A DNA stretch of 63,081 bases, filler included, from Salisapilia sapeloensis CBS 127946 (taxonomy: Eukaryota > Protista > Oomycota), in assembly GCA_023334545.1 (NCBI GenBank). It is 9 parts of 9 records of this genome, joined end to end, with 100 filler letters (N's around TTAATTAATTAA, not from the genome) between each part and the next. Parts side by side here need not be neighbours in the genome. Positions count along the whole stretch, not along the records: positions 1 to 7,159 come from JAADVB010000528.1; positions 7,260 to 14,017 come from JAADVB010000546.1; 7 more parts are not named here. One strand, given 5' to 3'. Shown here one piece after another: positions 1 through 10,860 of the stretch (positions within the stretch are counted from its first letter, which is position 1; every line of letters starts with the position of its first letter). Both the position numbers and the translations under genes were made by a program. The notes under the pieces are model-generated. The model saw only the letters and a list, made by a program, of their open reading frames with translations. It did no database searches and was not told the DNA's origin.

Positions 1-6
1 ATACGC

Positions 7-507
7 GTGCACGCTAATGGCGACGAGGAAGCGTACGCCACAGAAATAAGGAGGGCCTTTTCGCATCCCCGGTCCGATGTAACCCCTACCGACTTCGCCA
101 AAATGCAGGCCCAGATGAAGCACACGAAGGGTGCGGTTGGTGTGCCCACGCACGCGCCCGACTTGGCCCATACTGTTGCAAAAGATGTGGCCGCTCAGCT
201 TCAACCTCTCTTCGACAATCAAATGAAAGAAATCAGGAAACACTTCGCGAATGAACTAGCCAAGATTTGCGTGCTGGCAACTTCAACTGAGATTCGGAAA
301 CGCAAGCGTGCTGCTGAGGAAAGCGATGGTGAGGAGGACGACGAGGATGAAAGTGAGTCTGACGAAATGTCTGGTGCAAAGAAAGCTCCACGTCGCTCCA
401 AAGTGACCCCAAAGCCCCCACGCACGTCATACAAGGAATCAAAGCATCCGGCTTCGTCCTCCGTCACGTGCTACGTCGACTGGAGTCGTGGAAGACAAAG
501 AAGGTAA
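7..507 (+). CDS. Hypothetical protein fragment with acidic/basic low-complexity tail; 5'-truncated, possibly continuing after an intron
   Basis: 166-aa ORF at the contig start with a helical segment, EESDGEEDDEDESESDE and KKAPRRSK tracts, and a GTAAGT donor-like site at its end. No family motif recognised. Confidence 0.3.
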   Translation: MHANGDEEAYATEIRRAFSHPRSDVTPTDFAKMQAQMKHTKGAVGVPTHAPDLAHTVAKDVAAQLQPLFDNQMKEIRKHFANELAKICVLATSTEIRKRKRAAEESDGEEDDEDESESDEMSGAKKAPRRSKVTPKPPRTSYKESKHPASSSVTCYVDWSRGRQRR

Positions 508-1327
508 GTAACTTAATACATCATGCGTCTATAAAAGACTTCTAGTGTGATATTGAGAGATTGAATGAAATCTTGATGCCAATGGATCGCAACTACAAAC
601 TCTGGTCCGGCCGCTTCCGTTAGCTTTGTCGTGACGCTTTTCCGACTGTGATTTGCTGCGATACCAAACAAGTCTTCCGGATCATCCAACTTTACCTGCA
701 TCGAAGTGTCCTAATCAGTGGATTTAAGAGGAAGCATGGAAAAGTCAACGATTCAAAGAAGAGGTTTAGGAACAACGATACCACGCAAGCCGTTTAGCTG
801 GATGCCGACATGGCAATGCAACTCCTCTTCGTTCCAAGTGTAAACGGCTTTTGCCATCTCAGTGCATGCCACCAGCGTGTCTTCTGGCAAAAGTCATCTG
901 AAGCGTCCGATTGTTCCTTGCTTTTAGATTGTCGTAGCGATGCAACGGCGTCGTTTCCACCAGACTGTTCAGCAGTATCCACTTGCGCATTTTGTACGAA
1001 AAAGACACGAAGGCGTACACGGAGAGTCGGATTCGCATCATTCCGCTGAGATCGAGCAGCATCCAAGTCGGTCGCCGTCCGCTCCGCGAGTGCTCGTTGC
1101 CGGATCACTTCTTCAAACAGTTTACACCGAACGTGCTGCATAATAAAAGCAACATGCAGCGTCACATCCTCTAGGTCAGTACGAGAATGCATGTAGCTAA
1201 TGCTCGGTCGAGCAGGTGACAAGGGTCTCTCTGTCACTTGATCTTCACTATTCTCATTCGGAAGGTCATTCAGGCCAAAGTTTTGCTGTCCAGAAGCTAC
1301 AAACATCAAGTAGTGATCATACATAGC

Positions 1328-3660
1328 CTAAAGAGCTAAATCTGCCATGGAACATGCAATATGGAAGCGAGAAAGAAGACGCGGATTATCTAGTGTCACA
1401 TGGTTCGTAAACATATCTTGTAAATGCACACCAATCTCCAGTGGATTTGCTAGCGCACTTGCATACTGCACCTCGTCCTTTAAATGCGACGACAAGGTTG
1501 TGCAGTGGACATTCATACCCGTCGCGCGTACTTTTTTACAGTCGACACGAACAAAGATGCATGTGTCGGACCGTTTGATGGCGCTATCCAGTCTCTGGTC
1601 AAAGACGACTTTCTTCACACGCTTGGCCTCTCCTCTTTTTCACCATAGTAGTGGATAGCACACAGGATAATGCTCCAGCTCGAACGCCTCGGTCTGCACT
1701 TTATTATGACTTCTTCTATTTGAAGAGGTAGAATCACCGTCGGGCTCACCTCAGACACTTGGAAGGTCACACTGTCTTGTTGTTCACTCAGAAATAGCTG
1801 CGTAGCATTCATTAGTGTCTGACTGAGCATAGCACCAAGAATCCCTTCAAAGAGGTAGCCTACTAGCTCCAGTATCTGCTGGTGGAAGTAGACTACACGC
1901 TCAGGCTGTACATCAAGACAGACGGACGATGGGGTAGAGTCGGAAGAATGGTGCGTCTACCACAAAGAGACGAGTGCTTCCGACTAGCCTTCGGTACAAG
2001 CAGATTCGGTGAAGCCGAATAGAAGCGAATAGAAAGCGTCCTTCGCCATACTCAAGTTCATTGCAACGACTTTTTCCAACGTACCATTGACTCTATACAT
2101 CACCTCGTCCAAATCTGGGCACTCGGGCAAGTACACCGCGCACCCGTGTCGTTGGGTGATAGCTGCAGTAGCTGCCTGTCTTGGTCATCCTTGTTCAAGG
2201 TAATGCTAAAACTCACCAACGACGCTCGGACGTAGATGAGTGGAAGGGCTTTCTGTGTATCCGACGCACTGTCACTACATCCTTTTGTCCACTACCATTC
2301 TCTTCTTTAGCACCATGATCACCAAAAAGCTCTTCAAAATCCTGCATATCCACTCTGTTCATGTGATGCTGTAGTGCCTTCGTGTACGACATGAGGATGT
2401 GATACAAGAGAGCCATGATCGATGGATTCCATTGAACATGAAGCACGTTAAACTTCACATCCACTTACATCTGACTCGCACTTTTGTTCACGTCCGTTTT
2501 CATCGGCAAGTCTCGATCCTGTGGATACACAATGACGTCCACGGACACCAGGTGCGTGTCCCCTGCATCTCCAGTCGAGATCAGTTCATGGTATTTAGAC
2601 GACGCGTCGTGCAACTTGTCTTCCATAAAAACTGACTGAAGCTTTGCACTGAATGTATAGTAGGTCGAAAAGATAGACGCGGCAAAGGCAGTGCCGACGA
2701 CTTTGACGACGAAAGCAACCTTCCCTGCCGATTCTCAATTGCAGTTGCATCTTTTCAATCGACAGTTCAACAGACCAGGGGTATGGTTCATACGACGCGT
2801 CTCGGGATGTAGCAATACTCTCAGATACGCTTATGGACTGCATGAATGACAAATTGCTCTCGACGTTTTGTGGAGATGACTCGCTTTGATTCTGCTTTTC
2901 ATATGCAGCTGTGGCGGACAAACGGATGCAATCGATAGCAGTTGGTCGCTGCTCACCTGCAGCGACTAAGATCTATGGAATCGTCGCTTGCAACGTGGCA
3001 TTCAGTGTCTCGTCCAACGACAAGACCTTCGTTCGAGGCAAGGCGCGACGCTTCGTCGGTGTCAGACCAAGCGTGCGGATGCCAAACGACACACTCAGAT
3101 CTTCCAACACTCGGTCGTAAACACCGTAGGACGCATCGACACTTGCACTATCAAGCTGATCGAGAGAGTATAGTAGCTTACGAATGTTATTCGCTCCCAT
3201 GCGCCAGTGGTAATGTGGCATTTGCTACAGTGTCTCTACTTGGTCATGCAACACCAGCGCATCTTCATTCTGAAACGAAAACTTACTTAAATCCAATAAC
3301 ACGACACTTGCTTTTGGGTTATGCACCATCTCTGGTATCACAAGCACTAGTGCTTGTAGATCTACTAGAACGTCATACTGCAGCTTTTGTTTACCAGTAA
3401 GCATTGTCGATAGAAACACTTCTTCTGCTTCTCGATAAAAGATCCAGTCGGAGACAGAGTACGTTGCAAACATCCACATACGATCAATCTCTTCCTCTTG
3501 CATGACACCCATAAAGAAGTCTGCGATCTGCATCAGAAACGTTGGATCCATCATCACTTGCAGTGGCATGCATACCAGGCGTAAGCATGACGATGACAAG
3601 TCGTCTTTGTTTTTCGGTCCATTTAATCGAACCGATAGGTCTGCACATGGTACTGACTAT
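1328..3660 (-). pseudogene. VPS13/chorein-like internal fragment, disrupted
   Basis: ORFs 3225-3599, 2973-3221 and 2595-2921 share one frame, separated by single TAG codons. After a frameshift near 2620-2650 the frame continues (ELISTGDAGDTHLVSVDV...QM*VDVKFNVLHVQWNP). Segments LRLVCMPLQVMMDPTFLMQIADFF and YDVLVDLQALVLVIPE...VVLLDLSKFSFQN resemble VPS13 repeats. May extend to ~800. Confidence 0.6.
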
Positions 3661-4088
3661 TCAACTTGCCGTGTAAGGTGGCAGGAAGAGTGTCCTTGGC
3701 GCATCTGTTGAAGATCTGGATTTCTCCAGCAGTCCTGTCGTAAAGCTAGAACGCATGTGCTTTTAGTCGGTAGATTAGCTGATGGCACCATGCTGATACC
3801 CCATTCAGCTGCTGTATCTGGGACCATTTAAGCGATTTCAGTCCATTGGCCGCAAGTGAGTGTTCCTGCTGCCATTTATCTATTAGTCGAGCTAGATCGC
3901 GGACGTCATCGTCACCAGCCTTCTTTATGCCCACTTCTTACATTGACGTCGTTGGGTCTTGCGTGTCTGGGTCCATCGTCTGTTGCCTGCCCACATGCAC
4001 ACCATTCGCGCCAGTGCGGGGTGTGGATGAATTGATAGAGTCTCAACCATGTGACCTAGTTCGGCGTGTATGGAGTCGTGTAGTTGCT

Positions 4089-5190
4089 CTATGGCGTCTG
4101 ACCAGCAGTGTCCGTTGAGATTCGTGCGTACGGCGGGTCTCCAGGATGCATTGATACAGCGAGCTGCGGATTATTTGGCTTGACGGTGTACGTGACCTGA
4201 GTCGTGTGATTGGGCGTTGTAAGAGATTGCGGATACTTAGCCAAGAGTGTTCTCACGAGAAGCTCCACCTGTTGGCAGTAGCGCTTCGAGCATTTGTGTG
4301 GGCGCATGAAATATGTAAACCTGAGTCTCCTGTGCGCTACAGGCTTCCAACGCACGCTGTTCTTGAGTAGCTGGCCTTGCATTCTGAGTAGCGAAAACGC
4401 ACGCTGGGTGTTAGTAGCTGTGCCGTCTGCTTGTAAAACGCCCATGGTGCTGAGCACTGCATACGGCAGTCACTCCAGACAGGTAACTCGAAGCTTGTCC
4501 TCGATAGTGCAAAGAGTCTCGGTCCATATTGAGGAAATTACAAGCAGGTGTCCGTCGATAATGAGTCCTTGCGCGTCCGGCTCCATGACGAGCAAATCGA
4601 AATATGCAGTCAGGGTACAAATGGCACGAACGCAGGAAGGCATGAATTCGTGTGTCAACTCTCCTCCTGCAGCCACCAGAGTCTTTGCGCCGGTTTGTCA
4701 TAGAGTGCCAGAGTACACGCGGCCCGGGCTGAGCCCGGTGATTCCTAGTGTAAGATACCGGGCGGGCGGACTGGAGTTCAGTCGTCGGGGCAGGAAAATG
4801 TCGCCTAAAATGCGTTATATGCATTAGCAACCGAGTGCGAATAGCTGCGATTCTGTGTTCCCAGTTCGCTGCATCCATCGCTCCTGTGCCTACTTGTACG
4901 CCCAGATAGCGCGTTGTCGGCGTGGGCGCAAGGACTGGTATGTTGTGAAAGCTACTTGCGTGCACCTTGTAGACGGCGGGCAACCGAGAGATCGGTCGGT
5001 AGTCAAGTGGATCCATGGAAGCCCCATTCTTCCGAAGGGGTCTAAAGAGGGCTCCATTCAGCGCTGCTGGGATGATTCCGGTTTTAAACCAATGATGACA
5101 CTAGCGCAGGCCGAGAGCAATAGCTGAAGAGTTGCAGCTTTAAAAACACTGGAGGCCGAAGTCTTCACATGCGTCGGCAAGTTGTACACA
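4089..5190 (-). mobile_element. Non-LTR retrotransposon (LINE-type reverse transcriptase) remnant, internally deleted
   Basis: Minus-strand frame reads HHWFKTGIIPAALNGALFRPLRKNGASMDPLDYRPISRLPAVYKVHAS, matching the LINE RT N-terminal motif GxxPxxW...PxxK.G...DPxxYRPISL..xxYK. It is followed shortly by TTRYLGVQVG (YLG motif). Downstream frames are broken. Confidence 0.75.
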
Positions 5191-5216
5191 TGGAGCCTGG
5201 AGCTTGGAGCTTGGAG
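5191..5216 (+). repeat. Heptamer tandem repeat (TGGAGCY) x~3.7
   Basis: TGGAGCC TGGAGCT TGGAGCT TGGAG read directly. Confidence 0.85.
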
Positions 5217-5694
5217 AACGCCCGAGGACTGACAATCATTTCGTGGAGAAGCTCGTATTTATTCCAGCTCTAGGTTGCAGTCCGAGCTACGTTCTTTCTC
5301 AGACGCCCATATTTTCTGTCCTACTTCTCCCTACCTGTGGACTATTCGTACGTCAACGACTTTGCCTCACGCAGATAACACTCCTTATTTCTATGTTCGA
5401 TATATGCGAAGCATATCCGCCCGGCTTTTCGCTTACTCGAGAACTTCCAGCGCTGACTGCATCTAGCGAGGTTTATGTTGCGGCAAGTGAAGACATGGTC
5501 AAATGGAAGAAAAACGTGCGACGAGCCTCTTTGGGAAGTTTAATCGAGTGTGGAAAAGTTATAAGAAACAAAATATTTATACAATAGTTTTTGACTCATC
5601 ATTTCATTGTTCTGGCACTCACAGCAAAATTCGCAGGCCAACACACGAGCGCTCTTGTTCCAATTGAAGGCTGCAACGTTGACGTTTGTAGAAT

Positions 5695-7115
5695 ATGACA
5701 AAGATTACACCACCTTTTCTCGTCCTTGTTGGCGGCAAGCAGCCCGACGAAGAGACTGTAGTTGCTCTGGCACTGGAAATTGCCGCTGCTAGTGATGGTG
5801 CAGCTGGAACGAGTACGTTTTGCTTGGACACGAATAATGAGGCGTTAAGTTGCCGCGGTAATGTCTACCGATCGACAGGAAGCAAGCTCTGTTTCTGCGC
5901 TCATGAACTGACAGGGCTCATTATTGGCATGGATTACCGTTGGCGTGTGCGGAGAGTCTACGAATCTATACGCCAAGATGAAAAACTCGAACCTCTTTTT
6001 CATGATCGGAGCCACCTGCAGCTGCAGCATATGTGGCGATTGCTCTCAAAGCGACATACTGACCTTAATGCATACGAAGTCAGTCGGTCCAAAGCGTTTA
6101 CCCGAAAACCATACAGCGATGACGAACTACAGGCTCTTATTGATTGCTATCATGGTCTTGCGATGGCAACGCTAAATGCATCAAGATCCTCCAAGACCTG
6201 GAATTTAAAGAAAGACTAAAAGATCGGAGCACCGCACAAATCAAATTGAAATTTAATCGCTTAAATACTTTAGGTAAACTCGGCGAAACGAAGGTTAGCC
6301 AGAACGAAGAGCAAAGCAGCAATGAGGAAAGTTGTCTATCTACTCAACAGGAAGATCAGTATCAGTCTCCAGTGGCACATCTGCAACAGCAGCAGACGCT
6401 TTAAGCGGAGGGACAGAGAACGATCGAGCTGAATTGTCTGCAGACCCACGGTCCTTCCAAAGATCCTAATGAGCATTATCAAACTCAGCGCAAATCTCCT
6501 CCGGAGATACCTACATCTTCTAATGAGAGGTACGGCAGCAATGAGTAATACAGTAAGGTGAATGCTGAGCCGATACTACCCGCTACCGATGCTCTTACTT
6601 CCATGAACTTGCCTCTCTTTTCCAAAGCAAACAGTGGAAGTGTTGGTGATCTGTACGAATGTCTTGGCAAAATTGGGTATGTGAGAACACGGAAGCGTTG
6701 TTGGTGCCCACGTGAGGAGACGGCGCTCATTCTTGGAATGCAGCGTCATTACGACAAACTTCATCCTTTTGCTGAAACTCTAAAAGACCAAGATCTTGCA
6801 GACTTGTTCCGATCACGTGTCTGCGATCAACTCAGCCATAAATGGCGTGATATTGAACATAAGCGTCCTAAGCTATCCATTTACACAAACCCACGGAACA
6901 GTTCTCGAAAGCTCCAGTCATTCACGAAGGAGAAATACAAAGCAATTATGGATGGAATCAGAAAGTACAAACAAGAGCCTTTCTTGTGGGCAGCTATTCT
7001 AAAGGACGAACGATTTGGCCCTATCTTGCACAATCGACACAGAGCTGCTCTTCGTGATAAATTCCACAGACTCATTTCTGCGAAGACTCGGAGGCTGTTG
7101 CTCTTGCAGAGATGA
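5695..7115 (+). pseudogene. Protein with four tandem telobox/TRF-like Myb (SANT) repeats; one frameshift and two in-frame stops
   Basis: Repeats include WCPREETALILGMQRH...RSRVCDQLSHKWRDI, FTKEKYKAIMDGIRKYKQEPFLWAAILKDERFGPILHNRHRAALRDKFHRL, and YSDDELQALID/..KILQDLEFKERLKDRSTAQIKLKFNRL (split by a frameshift at ~6150-6170). ORFs 6144-6404 and 6558-7115 are the same frame, interrupted only by TAA at 6402 and 6546. Confidence 0.7.
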
Positions 7116-7159
7116 CATACTCGTTGGATGTATACCTAGAGTCGATGGCGGGGGGGGGG

Positions 7160-7259
7160 NNNNNNNNNNNNNNNNNNNNNNNNNNNNNNNNNNNNNNNNN
7201 NNNTTAATTAATTAANNNNNNNNNNNNNNNNNNNNNNNNNNNNNNNNNNNNNNNNNNNN
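7160..7259. other. Artificial contig linker N44-TTAATTAATTAA-N44
   Basis: Six-frame stop linker, identical at eight places. Confidence 0.99.
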
Positions 7260-7751
7260 GAGATGGAGAAGGTCGGCAAGCTCATGACGCGTCTGAACAG
7301 CTATGCGATTCAAACATATTTCCTCATGAAGGACGACAACGTGGTCCATCCAGAGGAGTTCAAGCCCAACAAGGTCACTGGTATCTTCTTCGACAACAAG
7401 TCAGACTACGCGACGTGGTTCTCTGCTGAAAAGTATGCCATCCACGGTATCCAGATGCTTCCGGTGTCAGCCGTCACGCCGTATGTGCGCACTGCACAGT
7501 TCGTCCGTGAGGAATGGGATCAAGTCCTTGCGAATGTGAACATCGTGGCCAGTCGTGATAAGACAAATCCGTGGCTCTCAATTCTGTACTTAAACTACGC
7601 TTCAATCAACCCGGATGCTGCTATAGACGTCTTAAAGGACGCTGCCATGGATGACGGCCTAACACGATCCTGGGCTCTTTACATGTCTCTGTCGTATAAG
7701 AATCAAGCTAGGCAGACATCACTGACAGACCTCGGATTGATCGGTCTTTAA
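7260..7751 (+). CDS. Endo-1,3-beta-glucanase, glycoside hydrolase family 81 (3' part)
   Basis: NKVTGIFFDNKSDYATWFSAEKYAIHGIQMLPVS and DDGLTRSWALY are GH81 C-terminal motifs. 5' end cut by the gap. Confidence 0.88.
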   Translation, partial: EMEKVGKLMTRLNSYAIQTYFLMKDDNVVHPEEFKPNKVTGIFFDNKSDYATWFSAEKYAIHGIQMLPVSAVTPYVRTAQFVREEWDQVLANVNIVASRDKTNPWLSILYLNYASINPDAAIDVLKDAAMDDGLTRSWALYMSLSYKNQARQTSLTDLGLIGL

Positions 7752-10289
7752 GACTCGAAACTGAATAAAAAAGAATTGTCCGTTCAAATGAAAGTTCTCC
7801 ATTCTTTTGCTCTTGTCTACGCTGCAATGCGTTGGGTGTATACTTTTGAAGAGGCGAGCAATTAAGGTAGCATTCGTGCTAGTTTGGTAATCAGTTGAAT
7901 CATTTTTTGTGACAAAGAATTATATTGAGTTAATAAGGTAATCAGTGGAATCAGTCATCCACTTGTCATGATCTCTGACTCTATGAGTCCCGAAACATTC
8001 TGCTCGAAGTGTAGATTACTGGTTAACGGTCCAAGCATTGCAACTTAGACGATGGTGCCTACAAGTCACAAGAAACGTCAACCTTATTCACCTCAAGTAA
8101 AACGAAACGCGATATACCAGAAACTTTCTTCATATTCAACTCCTACCGCAAAGAAGAAAACTACCAACTTAACGTCCTTAATGAAGTCCACGACAGTACT
8201 ACGACTTGATTTTAAATACCGCCGCTGATTTATGTGGCGTTGGAAGTACTTCGTCCACGTAAATTAATGATAAATCAATAGAGAAAATCCCCTATGCATG
8301 TTCTTTCCTCCAATATGCAAAATATATCACCTGGACATAAGTCAAGCCGCAATACAGCTTACATCATAAATTTAAAAAGTGAGAAGGAGAGCATGGCCTG
8401 CCAACTGCTAGGTGAAGACCAAGTGAAGGTGATGCTCGGCACCATCGTCTGTGGCATGGTTCGGATGCGTGCCTATTGTCGTATGGCGCTTACACATAAC
8501 CGACTCTAATGGAAAGCACATATTCGGGCATGCTAAACCGCACATGAAAACATTCAAAGATGTCTTCTTAGAGGTGTCGAAATCCCGCGGCATCTTCTTG
8601 ACCAAGTTGAAGGTATGAGTACCCAGGCATTGGCAATGACGTCAGAAGGAAACTCAATGCAGCAAGTGGGCAGTAACCGCGAAAACAATGAAAGGTAACT
8701 TAAAATATTTTATGGCCCTACTTTTCAATTAATTTCTGCATGGTCCTGACGACAGAGGGAGTATTGGCTCGCCAGATGCGAAGCATTCACAGACAAATGA
8801 CTGTGCGTTCGTAATTTTAGAGAAGCAGGTTACCGCAAAACTCCTCCACGCATCATTTGTGTCCGTGATGGTTGTCTGGATCCAAATCGAGTACCCGCCG
8901 ACTGAGAATTTGCCGTACAGCGAAGTTAAACTTTGTTTAATGAAGAATGTGCGCGTATGCATGGTACTACACCGATCCCAGCAAATGACAAAAGCTGTTC
9001 CGTAAGTTTTTTATCTTCTATAACTGATTTTTGTATTGTATAATTATTATTTTTGTACGTCTAGATTGAAAAAGAAAATGATAAATCGAATTATGAAAGT
9101 GAAAGGTACGCGTATATCCCATTCTACATATTCTTATGTTGTTTAAAGTATTTCAAAGTTCTAGCTCTCTATACGGGCGTGACAATTATACCATCCTAAT
9201 GATAGAAACGACATCTTGGGATGATCTCACGTTAATACTTGTATGTCAAGTATAAAATCAAGACACACGAAGTAGACGTTAAGTGTATGAAGACCAAGGT
9301 GGTAAAAGATCGTCTCAGCTCACATCCGGAGTCAAGTAGCTTTAAAGTTATTTGCAAGTTCCATGCGTCATTCCGAACTGACATCGACAGGAAATTGACG
9401 CTGTAGTCGACTTATCGACAAAAACTTATGTTCCACAGTAGACTTAGATAATTGTGCCACTAAGTCTAATCTATTTGTTTTCTCTTTAGCGTTACGAGTT
9501 TTTTGTCAAGAGTATGGAACGCTGTACGCTGGCGATTGTTTACTGTTACATATTACAATACCAACTATTGTAACAACTTCATTCTTGTAACTTCAACTAG
9601 TTGCTGCCGCCCGCTTTGCGAGTGGTTTAACATGTTAGGATGGACGAAGGAGCAAAGAGTATTTTATATTGTTGTGCTGCAGCAACTATATTGCATAGAA
9701 TTAAAGATGCGATCGAAAATCGAAATATAGACTTGTTTCCATCTTACATCATGCGTTCTGTAGGTCGTGTTCGCGCTAACTATCAATTTGGCCTAACTGA
9801 GACTCACATTTTGTAACTCCATTACCGATAATCGAATTATACGATTCTGTATTTGCTGAGAATAGCCGATTTTGATTTGCTACTTGCCCACGGAAACCTA
9901 GCGAAACACTTTAATTCAAAGTGCTTGCCTATCTAGGAGTACAGAAGCAAATGCTCGGTAATGTCAATGAACACGTCGCTTTATATTGCTAATACATTTC
10001 ACCTCTCGTGCTCCACCCTATGTTAAAATTGAGTTTTCAGTTGCCATGCTCACTATGGCGCGAGTTGTATAATATTTGCAACACATATGAGAGTCTCTTT
10101 CGGAACAAATGATGCCTACATCGATATACCCACTGGACATAATCTACCTGTTACGTCGATTTGGAAGAGAAGGATTCAAGAGGCTTGATACCGATAAAGC
10201 TTTCACCATGTATGCTCAATTTATATCTATTATTCCTTGCACGATTCCCGATTTTATGCTGAACGAACTTGGCCACAGTCTCTTCTTGT

Positions 10290-10860
10290 AGCCGTGACGT
10301 CTATATTACCACATACTGCCATTGAACTACCATGCAACCACGCCGTTCGGCTCAACTTCACCACACCACTGCTTCACTACGCCACATATATCTGCATCGC
10401 CACTACGCCTCCTACTCTACCATCGACGCCGTCACCTTCCATGATACCACTCCAGCAAAACACTACATCACGACCTTTAGACACACCTTCACACCCTCGA
10501 TGCTAAGAAACCCTCCACGCCACCATGCTGTCATGCCACCGCGCCTTGTGCACTACGAACCATACTTACTCGCTCAAAATTTATATTCCACCACTTCATT
10601 CTGCTATCTTACTACTGTGCCCCACTCAAATTTGCCATGCTATCGCTCAACTCTACAGCATCAATCATAAAACACCTCCTTATGTCAGTAGATCATTTCT
10701 ATTTCTATCCATTTGTCTACTTCAAAACATATTTACAATATGTCACACCCTACCTTCAAATTACCACGTAACTACTTTATTCTACAACGTTAATAGTGTC
10801 TTCACCTCCTCATGTACACCCACTATCATTACTTTACACGATTATCTACATACAAAACTT
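10290..10860 (+). repeat. Strand-skewed C/A-rich, G-poor low-complexity tract
   Basis: Runs of CACCAC/CTAC/CCAT; overlapping ORFs translate as H/T/P/Y-rich junk. Boundaries approximate. Confidence 0.7.

Noticed and set aside
2465-6548. Alternative genetic code (TAA/TAG = Gln) to explain in-frame stops
   Set aside because: RNR, eIF4A-III, SWEET and OMT end at TAA at their expected C-termini, and the interrupted frames also contain frameshifts.
7150-7159. G10 run at contig end
   Set aside because: Probably a sequencing or assembly edge artefact or a simple homopolymer.
7204-7215. TTAATTAATTAA palindrome recurring eight times as a biological repeat or att site
   Set aside because: Always centred in N44 flanks; it is a six-frame stop linker added during assembly.
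8294-9000. Short ORFs downstream of GH81 as a gene
   Set aside because: No motif and no consistent frame on either strand.
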